In this document: in pieces, positions 28,928 through 41,547 of the stretch
Numbering within the stretch: position 1 is the first letter of the stretch
Layout: each line of letters opens with the position of its first letter
NCBI GenBank assembly: GCA_043228905.1
Contig: JBHGNT010000013.1
Location: 16,616,001-16,680,000, forward strand
DNA from: Azolla caroliniana
Taxonomy: Eukaryota > Plantae > Polypodiophyta
Reading direction: 5' to 3'
DNA: 64,000 nt
The notes under the pieces: model-generated
What the model was told of the DNA's origin: nothing
The model's input: only the letters and a program-made list of their open reading frames with translations
Databases searched by the model: none
Position numbers and translations under genes: made by a program

Positions 28928-31900
28928 CTAACTCTTGGTCTTTGAATGTTTCACAAGCCAATCGATCACAGCATCAATGTTCGTGGAATTTTTGCAAGAA
29001 ATTGTGTAGCAACCAACTTCACGATCAGATAGAGATTGAAGATTCCTGTAGGTTTACAATTCGAACAATTTGGGTTTTGAGAGAAATGCCAAATGCGTAT
29101 GGAATAGATGCAACAAATGGTGATATACTCACAGTTGATCAATGAAAGCTTGTTTGGATAATGCTTCAGGTTTATCGATTTTATTTCCAAGCACAAGGAG
29201 TGGAATTCCATGTAAAGCAGGCTTGTTCAAAAGGTCATGGAGCTCACTTTTTGCTATTGATATATTGTCCCTGTCCGCTGCGTCCACAACATATCTGAGG
29301 AAGATTTTGCACAATATTAGGATTGAAATTATATATCCCCACAATATGAAGTTTACCATTTGCAGCAACCAAGGTCAGGGGTGGGAGTTCAAAACTCCAG
29401 ATCTATGGCCCACTGGGCAAGGACCCAAACCAAATGGCCAATCCTACTGGTCTAACAATTATGACTCATCTAAGCACACTACTTACACAATTGCAGATAC
29501 ACCACGACAATATCGTTCCCACATGCTCCGAAAACGAGGTTGCCCTCCAAGGTCCCATAGTTTGATGGTGACATTTCCTTTAGTGACCTTCCTCATGTTA
29601 AAACCAACCTGAAAATAAAAAACATAGAACCCTCCATTTTAAACCAGCTGACAAACATTTCCTTCAGGTCATTTTTCATTGTCAATTTCTATTCAAAGAA
29701 GTGATTGCTTAATGTTATCCGCTAGAATTTTGCACCCATTGCCGGATAAGTGACTGCGTAGACAGTGGATTACAGAGCAATGAACACAACAGAGATCATG
29801 ACAAACTGTTCAATCATGCAAAGGTGAGAAAAAAGTGGTCTCTGTTATCATCCAACAGATGGTTCTATCCGCCTAGAGACAGTTATAGAAACAACCGCTG
29901 GGTGAACAAGCGGGTGAACAGTCACACCCATTCGAAAGGCAGTTATGAAAATATACTATAATATATGACCATACAATAAATACTAATAAGATTCTACTCT
30001 AGCCCTTAACACTTCAATTATGTAGATAACAGTGAGTTCTCACCGTAGGAATCATGTCCTCGCTGTAGCCACCAGTCTGCAATTGCAATGTCCAAAATAT
30101 GTTATCATTATCAATTTCATTGACGATGCAACAAATATAAAATCCATCAGCATTACCGCAATCACATTCACTAAAGATGTCTTTCCAGCATTTTGCAACC
30201 CGATTAATGAAAGCTCCATTTCTTGTTTGAAGAAAAGGCTGCAAAAATCCATACCTCTTTTCTTTAAATTATCTTCTTATACATGTACAACTATGGTGCA
30301 AAGACCAGGTCAAATTGAGAGGACTGAAAACAACACTAAGAAAGCACAATGTTTCTCTATGCTTACTGAACAAAATGCAAAAAATAAATTCCTCAAGACC
30401 CATGTTGACACAGAAGAAATTCCTACAGACATGATATGATACAAAAGAATCAGAAGTTGTATAGAATGGCATTGTGAATAAACACCCAGCATCCATGAAC
30501 ATATCAAAGAATTCAGCAAGAACCAAGCAGTCATCAACAACAAGAATCTGAACATTCTTTCTCTTTGACAAAATGAACCCATGAATCTCCACAAAATCTC
30601 CCCTTGGATAAAAGCTTTCACATTGATGTGCCCAATGTTTCAAATCGTTAAAATAAAACCAACACCCCCAGATGAGGACAATGCTCTCTCTGACTCAATT
30701 CCATTACCTCCCCTCTCTGATCCAACTCCTGCTCCACCTTCCCTTCCATCTCAACTTCCCATCGTAGATGCTGGTATTTCCTCTTCCTCTTCCTCTTCCT
30801 CTTTCTCAAATGCTGACGGTCACTCCAATTCTGCCCCAAAGGAATCTCACAATCCACAATAGCTTTACTATGCAGTCAATCTAGATTATTTGGCAACGGC
30901 CTTAAGCAAGCTTTACTATATATGGTCAACCTTGCTTGTATGGCAATAGCCTTAACCAAGCTCCCTGAGCATTGTACAAGATGTTAGATATTTCCTTCAT
31001 TCACGTTGCCATGCAATGAAACAAGGTTGGTCCTTATTGTTATGTTCCACAATATTCATGCATGATCAATTGCTATAGTTTATGTAGATCTCATTGTTAC
31101 AGGTGCATGGGCAGAAAAGGTTCAATATGGGATGCAATATTTAGCACACTTTTGAAATGACCGATCTTGAAATCCTCCCATATATTTTCCTGTGAAACTG
31201 CTTGGCATTTCTATAAATCTCATACGAACTTTTCCTACAAATCCTCACATTTTCAGCCAACTTAAAAATCCGAGTTGTGGGAATATGTAAGGATGGGGAT
31301 CTACAAATAGAGCAACATCCTTTGTAATACCTCTGTTTGGATCTATGAACCCTCTTCTCCTTCAGCTCCACTTCATTGTCCTCGTTTGTTCCTTCTAATC
31401 AGACATTTATCATTGAGAGCCTTCACTCCCATTTATTACTATTGCCCTTTTAAGGGCTTATTCTGCTACTGGTAGTTTCCAGTGTGTCTTATACTTTGTC
31501 TTCTATAACGATGAAGAGAATATTGTTGGTATGCTGAAATGCAAGAATGGTTCCAATCACATCGCATAATAAAAATGTACTAGCCATTCCAATATATCTT
31601 GAGTTCTTCACACCTGAGTTTGACCAAAGTGGAGAAGAATGGAGTGACTGAAGCTGATATTATTAACTGGGATAATGAAAGAACATGGATCATCTAGGTT
31701 TAAGGAAAATAAAACACATGGCAGTTAAGACCAAGCAGCTAGGTATTTACCCATGCCTCACATATAAGATGAAGCTATTGAATCTGTAAGCTCTTTCAAA
31801 AGCTTGCAAATCGATACCCCAACAGAAATAATAAGTTTACATGCATACATCATCGGTTGAAAGCAGACTGGGCAAGCTACCATTTGCCTGAACCGAACGC

Positions 31901-33573
31901 AATCTCATGGCCTCATTGAATTTAGACAACAATCAAATAGCATTCCAAGTCATATGATATGGCATGGAGGCTTGGGTCAGAAGCATACCCAAGGTGCAAA
32001 AAATATTCTGAGGTGCCACCTTGAGGTCAAGGCAACTATTCCATACTAAGTAAGATTCCTTAAAACCGGGTGAAGGTTTGACAAGAGTCCATAAATACAT
32101 AGCCAAAGTACAGGACAAGGAGGCAAATCGTCTACCAATTCAGGCTTGGGACACTCACAGCAAAATGGAGAAGAAAAACAGAAGGGAAATCCTCTCGTTA
32201 GTGGCTATGTGACTCACACATTAATACAATTTCATTTAAACATGCAATGTAACCATTTCCTCTATTTGTCTATATTCGTTCTCTCTTCTTGATTCAATCA
32301 AATAAGATATTTCCTACATCCATTTACGATTCAAGAAAATTATATATGTCGAGTCCACACTTGTAAGCCATGACTTTCATCTTCTTTCATTCTGCATGAT
32401 ATCACATCTTGAGTTCAAATGAGTTAATCGCTTGAAGTTAAGACCAAGAAACTGGAAATACATACACAGAATTTCAGGATAATGAATAAAACATGGACAA
32501 AGCTTGAGACAATATGATAAATGCTCTTCATGTACTCAATAATTATGTGCAAAGAGAAACTGCAATGCCTCAGAAGTTTGAAACACAGGTTGACTCCCTT
32601 AGCAAATCCTTTGTATCTCTCTAGAAGTTCATTGAGGCAGGACTCCTCCAATCAGCTCAAAGAGGGAAATATCCAGCCAGTCATGATGGAGGAGGAGTTG
32701 AAAAACATCGAATGTAAAATTTTAAAAAAAGATAACATATTTTTGGTGTGGGGAAGGGGGGAAATTGTTTTTCCTGCATTATGGTGAGATTTCCTAAATC
32801 ATCATCTGAGATATACTTCTACTAAGCGAAAGACTCATAGAGTGATTATACATGGTAAAGATTTGACAGAGGTTATGCTAGCAGGGAACCCACAAAATGC
32901 CTTCAGTACAGCTTACTTGAGCCTTTAAAAAGCTTTATATATAGACTAGATGAATGTACTCCATTTACATGCCTGAATGTCTAACCCTGCTTTAAAAAAT
33001 ATAACCTGGAACAATTGGTATGACAAGAAAGACCTATTTGGTATAAAGAAGATGATGGGAAAAATGTCCACCCACAATAGAAACCCTTCCTAAAAGGCCT
33101 ATTTCCCGAGGGTAAATAAAAAATTCCATTTTCAGGAAATGTTGATGTTATTTGATGGAACATAAACATTCCTCATAGTAATGGTCTTCACTGTGGCAAT
33201 GGATCCCCCTCTCAGACAACCTTTTGAGTTCTTTGGAGCTCCCTGGTATACAAAATAGGCCCACATACTCCATGGTAACGGCCTTCATCATGATCGTGGA
33301 AAACGCGGTCCTGTTTTGCATAGCAGCTATATCTGCTTCATTTGTCCTCACTTTCACCGAGTTTGAGAGAAAAGTCGGTGGAGATGTAAGAACTTCGGAA
33401 TGTTACCAGGACAAGAAGCCATGGCCTCTTCTGGATCGATGAGGAGTTGGTATGAATTAAATCCGGGGGCAAATTGAGGAGAAAGAGAGAGGGAAAAGGA
33501 GGGGGGGGGGGGGGGATGTAGGGGGGTGGACATACCTGCGAAGCCAATTGAGGAAATCTTCCCACAGACCCAT
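28928..33573 (-). CDS. ARL8: ADP-ribosylation factor-like GTPase ARL8, 6 exons
   Basis: Exons 33573-33536, 30238-30157, 30076-30044, 29608-29487, 29294-29133, 29045-28928. They give [87 protein letters not shown]...GNKID...[24 protein letters not shown]. Confidence 0.96.
29370..29452 (-). mobile_element. tRNA-derived SINE-like remnant in ARL8 intron 4
   Basis: Reverse complement shows A-box-like TGGCCATTTGG and, ~30 nt later, B-box-like GAGTTTTGAACTCCC. Confidence 0.4.
31140..32150. mobile_element. Mosaic of decayed LINE fragments in ARL8 intron 1
   Basis: 31524-31600 (+) tgttggtatgctgaaatgcaagaatggttccaatcacat matches 39959-39997 of the LINE. Flanking minus-strand pieces look like LINE C-terminal remnants. 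Confidence 0.55.
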
Positions 33574-33796
33574 CGCTCTTCGTCAGATGGATCCAGAAGA
33601 AAAACAAACAAACTGGGGAGGCAATACAAGGAAGGAGGAAGGGGGGGGGGGGGGGGGGGGGGACAGATCAGATGATCTCCAGATGGATCGATCGATGTGT
33701 ATCTGTCTGCCTGTCTGTCTGTCACGGGAGGGGAAGAGAAAGAAAAAGCAGAAAAGGCATTTCAAAACAATATAAGGAGCCTCTCGCGGCCCATTA

Positions 33797-33836
<40 letters not shown>

Positions 33837-34334
33837 GAATCAAACACGCGAGGAGGCTCTGTATGGGTATGGTATGGTATGGTGGTCTGTCTTTGGCACG
33901 TGTTTCCTGCCTGAATCTGCATACATACATAATGATACATACATACATACATACCATGTGCATACATAACTTCCTTCTTTCCCACCATCTTCATCATCAT
34001 CGATGATTGTTCTTCTCTGAGAACCACTCGCGTTTTTTCTTTCTTTTTATTAAAGCCCCAGCAGCAGCAGCCGGAGACAATATTCTTGTATCATGTAAGT
34101 TCCTGATGGCCGCCCCCCCCACACTCTCGTATATACATTGTTTCGATCTCTCGATCTTTGTTTTTTGGGCACTCGACATGAATTCACGTGACAACTTGTT
34201 GAATCTACTGCAATCTCTATCTCTTCTCGTTTTGTGTGTGTCATCCTTGCGCAGGGCCCATGCTAATCTTCTCTATATCGTTCCAATTTTATCAAATGTC
34301 CCCGAAGGGACTCTCTCTCTCTCTCTCTAATTAC

Positions 34335-34480
34335 CTTACCCTAGTGGTAAAGTCGTCGTACAACGAGGCTTGGATCATGAGTTTTCTCACCTTTCTATTA
34401 CTCTGATACATATCCTCTTAATTTACTATTAGATGCCACTATGGAATGCATGGCTTGAACCCATGACCCCTTGATCACCA
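34335..34480. mobile_element. Short interspersed element with two oppositely oriented tRNA-like modules, copy 1
   Basis: Aligns with 41106-41290 in three blocks: cttaccctagtggtaaagtcgtcgtac, tttctcac..tctattac and tagatgccact..gaatg..ttgaacccatgaccccttgatcacca. Confidence 0.65.
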
Positions 34481-36279
34481 GTGGGCAGCCTTCTCGATTC
34501 ATCTCTCTCTCTCTCTCTATCCCTCATTTTGTTGGCTTTGTCTCACATTGTAGCATTAAGAATTGCCATTAGCTAGCCCACGTCTCATCGATTGCAATTT
34601 GGCCTTTCCATCAACTTTGAAAAACAAATCTATCTATCTCGATATGTCTCGCTTCAAGACACCCATGCCTAAGCTAAAATATATGTGTTGTCGTATTGAT
34701 GCACACATCTACTCGCATGCATTAGGGACGAATTGAAAATGCTTTATTAGTGATCAAGATTCTCACTAGCAATGACATACCATCACGGTCTCTTATAAGC
34801 TTCAATTGGAATAAGGTTTTGTACCATTGGGGTTCTCATTACCGATGATGTCCATCAAATGTCTGTAATTAGATTCAATCATAATAATCTTTTGTGCATA
34901 GATATGGGGATTGCATATCTATTTATTAAACCAACGCTTGAAATGTTTTTGATGGAACCAATAGGTGATAATTATGTTAAGAATCAGATCTGATTATGTG
35001 CAACGAAAGAGATGTGTGTGTGTGTGTGTGGAAAGAGGAGAGGAGGGAAACACAAGATAAATGGGGAATGATTAACAAGAGCATAGCTAAAGACTTTTCT
35101 CTATATTAATAAGCATCAAAATACAATGATACCCACGATGTGGTATATATACATCTCATCTGCAAGGGTGCACATGTTTGAGGATAATATAGGTACAAGG
35201 ATGTAAGTCCTATATTCAATGAACTTGGTAGTGCAGGATCTAGAATGTATCCACTCAAGTACAAAATCCTATTTAAGGCTTTAAGGTCAACACTTATAAC
35301 TAGATTCTAATTATGTAACTACTAAGTTACATGGTTGACTAAATAGCTAAACCTAGTTGAGCTTGATATTTCAACAAATTATTTATGGAGGATCCTCTCC
35401 TACATTTATCACAACTTTCGTGAGAAGGATATCGTTTATATTTTTGCCCTCTTTCTTTGTTGATATTAGCTTTTACATACTCTTTGAGAAATCTTATTGC
35501 ATGTTCTCTTTGTATGAAATCAAAGACTTCCTAAACTCTTGTTGGAGGTGAAGGTCGAAGCTTAAATTTGTGTGCAATTGTGTTGGTAGTAAACATCAAC
35601 TTCATGTGTAATCCATGAGAGGAAATGCCTTAAATGTAAGGTCATAAATTGCGTTAATAAGGAGGATATTGGAGAACCTTACCCTCGAGGAACCAACCAT
35701 GATGATAGATTCCATTTGCCTGGAGAGGGAATAAGGGGCTGATTTGGAATCCTACTCAACAAAATATGCAATAGTAGATTTTGAGATGCATGATTGAACC
35801 AAATTTTAGAACAAGAGAGAAGCACTAAATTCAAAACTTGTGTGCAAAACATTTACTTAGAAGTTTTAAGTAAATAAGAATGGGACTATGGAGTCATTGG
35901 TTTGATTCCTCCGTGAATGAATGGATTTGTGCATATCTTAGCCATAGCCCCTTCTTAAAACCCTCAATAGTGGAATCATCGGTCGGATGGAATTCTCTTT
36001 GTTAAACTTGGAACAATATAGTGGAACATATAACCATACTTTGGCCCTCAACATAGTTTAGAGTGAACTATAGAAAACTGCAATAAGCATGTGTTGGAAA
36101 TGTTTGTGACCATCTTGGATCTTTGAATTCGTTCAAACTTTGTCCATGAAACTGACATCTTATAATCACCAAATTTATGTCAAATATATGAGGTTGACCT
36201 TTGGTTCACCAATTATACTCGATCTTTATATCTATCGATACATGCACCTTTTTTATTAAAATCACAATGTTAACAATAT

Positions 36280-36580
36280 ATTAGTAATCTTGTCATAGTT
36301 AGATATTAGTGGACCACATATAGTAACAACAAGTAGTAGTTGAAAAGTAACATGTTTCGCATACAACAAACTTTTGTTAATCATAAATGCCAATTTGGGA
36401 CAAATATTCATGTTACTTGTTAAAGGAAATCATGAAGTTAGTAATATTTTAATAGTCTTGTTATAGGTAGACGTTGATATACCACATATAGTAAAGGCAA
36501 TCACTAGTTGAAAACATATATGTTTTGCCTGCAATCAATTATTGTTATTCATAATTGCTAACTTGGGACAAACATTTGTA
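36280..36580. repeat. Diverged ~170-bp tandem duplication
   Basis: tcttgt.atag..accacatatagtaa..tagttgaaaa..ttgtta.tcataa.tgc.aa.ttgggacaaa occurs twice. Confidence 0.75.
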
Positions 36581-37684
36581 TTATGTGAGTAACGATTAGA
36601 CAAACGATTCTTATGTCAAAGGAGTATAAATGTTTTGAAATGTGGTGGCCTTAACCATTAAGAGTTACATTAATAGTTTAAGTTCGTTTTTTGTTTTCTT
36701 AATTTATCATGTATATATTAGATTTAAGTTCATATATGATGTCTCGGTGCGCACACATGTCAAGCTATGTACAATTTGTTACGGACCTGAATCATGATGA
36801 ATGTGTTGAGAAACTATAACGAGATATCTACCACTTTTTTAAGACAAACGTAATGGTTTCCATTTTGGCGTTCAACAACATTGTTGTGAGGCCTCCTTCA
36901 ACAACAAAATGATAGTTGGCAATACACAAGATCAATCTCATATCACCATATAGTGTACTCATTTGTAGCACGTAAGTTTCAATTGACCTTGCAATACCAT
37001 ATTATAGAAGAACTCGTATATTGGTTATATTGCAACTAAAAATATGACAATGAAATTGGTGTGGTTCATGAAAAATTGTACAAGCTTGAAAAGAAAAAAA
37101 TTTCAATGTATTCGCCAACTAATAACACATTATGGATCATTGGATCATGCACATTAAGAATGGGAAGATGTGTTAGGCAAGCTTTTATAGAACATACTAT
37201 GGGAAAGGTGAAATGGTGGGATGGAGGAAATGAACATGTTTTGGTAAGATAGATGAAACTAGCAAGCAATTGTTTGTATCAGAGCTCAAAGCTAAAGATT
37301 AGTAGTAAATTGTAATGTTATGGAATCAAGGAACAAGTGGGGAGGGAGATATTGTAGTACAAACTTCAACTTCAGGAATTGGGGGGCCAGAAGGTGGTTT
37401 TACAGAGTAGTACGCGAAGCGGACACGGGCTGCAAGGCAAGGGGGTTGATGCCATGCGTCAATAAGAAGTCGTGACTGTTCCGAGTGAGGTGATGGAGTT
37501 GCCTATGTGCATGTGACACAGAACTCGCGTGGTTTCATTGGCAGGGCACAAGCGTTTGTTTATGTGGGGCCCTGCCCATCCCGACATATTCTTTCGTCGT
37601 TCAAGGAAACGAAAGAGAAAGGAAGAGAGGCCAAAAACCGTCCCATCCCATCCTATCTCATCCATCAAGTCAAAACCATACACC

Positions 37685-40600
37685 AACGAAGCTGTTTATG
37701 GAGAAGTTATGGCGGAAGAGGTTGGTCTAAAGAGAAAAGCTCAAGATATGAGTGTTATAACTGAACATGGAAAACACTTTCTAGCCTTAGGAAGCACGCA
37801 TGGATTTGTGATATATAATGGCTTGACACAATGGCCTGGATCATATGCTTTGACATGTTAGAACCCAAAAGGGGGTGCAAGCACAGTCGATTATCTAATG
37901 GGACCTCCATCTCTTATACCTGAAATAAAAGTGTTCACTATATCGGGAAGACCTATTGGCTTGGCAGCTAATCATGCATATCTACACTTTGAGGTAACAA
38001 AGGATGTATATGCTAAGGAGAGCGGGCTGGCTAAGTATCTATTCACTCGCGAGACAATTGATGTCTATAGTTGTGGTGTATACAATGGCATGCTAGATTT
38101 GGATCCTTTCTCACCCCTTGAAGAACTTACCCAAGGTTTATCCAAATCATTTCATAAAGCAACCACAAATGCCTTCCCTCACACAACGACCAATCCCCCC
38201 AAACTCGGTAGAGTAATACAAAATAGTTGGTATGATGAGGAATGTCGTGATATAAGGAGATGCTTGCAGCGTCATGTAACTCGGGGCATTTATACACACA
38301 ACCAAGCAAGAGCAACCTTCCAATGCCTCGTAAGGAAGAAGAAGAGATTGTATTTGGCTAAATTTGAAGATCATTTGTATCGCTTGTTTCTCGGACGAGA
38401 GAGTAAAAGAGCATGGAAAATGTTTAATGAGAGGCAACCCACCACACAATTGACCTCACCTCAGGTGTGGCATGAATATGCAAAGGTCCTATATGATATT
38501 CCCGGGCAACCTCCTCTTCCCCACCCGAATGCCTCATGCCCACATGAATCAACCTTCGTTACACCACAAAATGTAAGAAATGCCATTGATCGGCTACAAT
38601 CTGGGAAGGCCCAAGATCACGATTGATTGGTGGGTGAACACTTTATCTATGCCCATGACACCTTGCTCCCATTGCTAGCACACATCTTTAATAGAGCCAT
38701 GTGTGAAGGTTTTCCTACTAGATGGATTCAGCATACCATTGTGCCAATCCTCAAGAGTGGAGACCCCATGATGCCAAGCAACTATAGGACAATCATGATT
38801 GGCCATTACTTGGCTAAACTATATGGCTCGATTCTAGAATCAGAATTGAGTATATGGGCAAAGCAAAATGGTTGTCGTTCAATTGGACAAGCAAGATTTC
38901 AGAAGGGGTTCACAACTTTGGATCACATATTCACCCTCCGAGCCCTTATTGAGGAGGGCAGAGCCCACAATAAGAGGAATTATTGCTGCTTTGTGGATTT
39001 CCAAAAAGCCTTTGACACTGTGCCATGTGCTCGGCTTATGTAGTGGCTAGAAGCCCTTGGTGTTCCTATAGATATGCAATGGGGAATCTATGCACTCTAT
39101 GAATCTGTGTCAGGAAAAGTTCGGTCTCCTAAGGGCTTGTCAGAGGCAGTGGCTAGCACAATTGGCGTGAAGCAAGGATGCCCACTATCCCCCACACTCT
39201 TCGGTCTCTATATAGATGAGGTATCACAATACATAAAGAGATTTGGTGGTTCCGGAGCACACATAACAGGTATAGCTATACAAATATTACTATATGCTGA
39301 TGATATTGTGCTGATTTTTGACTCTCCGGAGGGACTACAAAGACATCTAAATGCCTTAAAACTATTTTGTACGGACAAAGGTTTGTCAATCAACATGAAT
39401 AAAACTAAAGTGATGGTGTTTAACACCACCCAAGCATGGGTAACAATATCAGAACCATAATTCTTCTTGGGAGAGGAAAAGGTGGAATACACACGCTCCT
39501 ACACATACCTAGGAGTAACATTTACAAGACATAGGTTCTCCTTACAGGAGGCCGCTTGTGCCCAACTTTCTCGTGGATATGCAGCCCTTGGTGCTCTCGA
39601 GAGACAATGTGCACATTTGCAGTTCCAAGAGCCATGGACTAAGCTATAGTTATTTGATACACTTGTCACACCAACTCTTCTCTATGGAGTAGAGACATGG
39701 GGACCGAGTCTTAACAAGGCAAATCATTGGAAAGATTTAGAGAGACCTTTAGTGTCAATGATTGCTTACATGGTAAGGAGCAAAGCATCACTGCCCCACA
39801 ATATAATCCGGGCAGAGATGGGAGCAACACCTATAATAACCGAGGCATTGTTCCAATCAGTGACATTTATCCAACGTCTTTGGGAGCTCCCTAAATGAAG
39901 GTACCCAAGGTTGGCACTTATGTCATCAAGACAACTGGCTGAAAATGGAGACACTCATTGTTGGTATGCTGAAATGCAGTAATGGTTCCAGTCACATGGT
40001 ATGAATATAAATGCATTGCCCCCATTCCAATATAGCTTGGATTGTCCCCATCTCAATACGACCAATGTGGAAAAGAATAGAGTGATCCAAACTAATATTA
40101 TTAACTTGGAAAACAAGATAACATGGATCAACCCCAAGATACCACTTGGTACAAAGATGGCCCACTATAAGACACACTTATTACATACATCGGAGGATGG
40201 ATTTGTCATCAGGCCACCTTATATGGACATACATCTATCCTATGCGCTGCGTAGTGTGATAGGGTAGCTGCGAACTTCATCACATCAACTACAAATTGAG
40301 GTAGGTAGATATACACGACTACCTCTAGAAGAGAGAATTTGCCAATTGTGTCATCAAGGAGTGGAATTTGAAGAACGCAATGTTTGTCATTGTAGTGTCT
40401 TTTATGAAATCAGAGGGAGATACCATTGCCTCTTTAAACAAGGCTTTGACCCACTACGCAAGGTAATGGAATATGAGGACCAACGATGCCTAGGACTTTT
40501 CTTGCTAGAGCTCAAGAGACATCGGGAAAAGTTGTTGAAGAATACAGCCACACAAGCTCATCCACAAAGAACAATCACAACTTTCTTTAGCCCCATCACT

Positions 40601-41075
40601 CCTAATGCTAGAAGTCAACCCTAGGATACAAAAACGGGATCCAGACCAGGATATAACTAAGGGGTTACAATTGATCGGGCAATGGCAATTTGCCGTGCAC
40701 GTAGGCCCCGACCCCATGGACCACGACCTCGACACCCTTGTCATCGACAGATAAAAGCCATTATCTCCCGCCATTGTAGGTGCTTCCCTCACTTCAGAGA
40801 CATTTCCATTTTGGATTGACCTATGCTAGAGATCTTTCGAAGACAAAAGCTACAATATACCTAACTTGAGAAACTCACATGTGCCAAAAACCAGATTCCC
40901 TCTTTTCTTTTCTTTTCATTCTATTTACTTTTATATTTACTGTGTAATATTTACTTTATTTTGATTTGTTCTCAAAGACGAGACAACACTTAAGATGTAA
41001 TCTCTTATTTGGTCTTATAGGCCATTTTGGCCTCTTAAAAGACGTTAATATATCTTTCTTTCTTTCTTTCTTCTC
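37685..41075 (+). mobile_element. 5'-truncated RTEX/RTE-like non-LTR retrotransposon (LINE), inactivated
   Basis: C-terminal half of an AP endonuclease (IYNG...TC...GGASTVDYL), then RT (PSNYRTI, CFVDFQKAFDTV, GVKQGCPLSPTLF, LLYADDIVL, YTYLGV). The C-terminus is HQLQIEVGRY...RICQLC...E.E..VCHC and the element ends in a (TTTC)n tail. Nine in-frame stops. Confidence 0.92.
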
Positions 41076-41105
41076 TTTTATTATTATTACTTTTATCGCA
41101 ACTAG

Positions 41106-41186
41106 CTTGCCCTAGGAGTAAGTTGTTATACTACTAGCACCATGTCTTGGGTTCGAAACCCAAATTTCTCACTGCTCTATTACCCC

Positions 41187-41227
<41 letters not shown>

Positions 41228-41290
41228 CTTATGATTTACTAGACGCCACTGGAGAATGTAGGGGTTGAACCCATAACCTCTTGGTCTCCA
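41106..41290. mobile_element. Short interspersed element with two oppositely oriented tRNA-like modules, copy 2
   Basis: Plus-strand B-box GGTTCGAAACC (41150-41160) and minus-strand B-box GGTTCAACCCC (~41260-41270), with a central (TA)n; homologous to 34335-34480. Confidence 0.65.
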
Positions 41291-41547
41291 TTATCTCTCT
41301 CTCTCTCTCAAAAGAGCCCGTGTGTGTGTTTTTCTGTACAGGTTCTGATCAATAATTCTGCCCCTGCTTCGGAAGCAAGCACTTCCAAGCAGAGAGGATT
41401 CTTTCTTTTTGTTCCGTTTTTTGCTTGAATACCTGAAAGATTTCAGCGGGGGTCGAAAAACCGGAAGAGGCAGCAGCAGAAGAAGAAGAAGACGACGCAG
41501 ACGAAGAGCTGCCCTGTCTGTCTCTCACCACCGTCCCACCCGCATCC

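Noticed and set aside
29710-29965. MITE-like insert in ARL8 intron 3
   Set aside because: Internal repeats are present, but no convincing terminal inverted repeats or TSD were found.
30052-30252. ORF-track start [10 protein letters not shown] for ARL8
   Set aside because: The MDFC part is intron; the conserved first exon [12 protein letters not shown] is at 33573-33536.
35150-36100. Possible L1-type LINE remnants on the minus strand
   Set aside because: Only faint Trp-spaced similarity; too decayed to call.
37859-40624. U-to-C RNA editing or stop-codon recoding rescuing the LINE ORF
   Set aside because: U-to-C editing is known from organelles, not nuclear transcripts. Some stops appear to derive from TGG or GGA and cannot be repaired that way, and the element is 5'-truncated.
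41106-41165. Functional tRNA gene
   Set aside because: A B-box is present, but no complete cloverleaf or acceptor stem could be drawn; treated as a tRNA-derived repeat.
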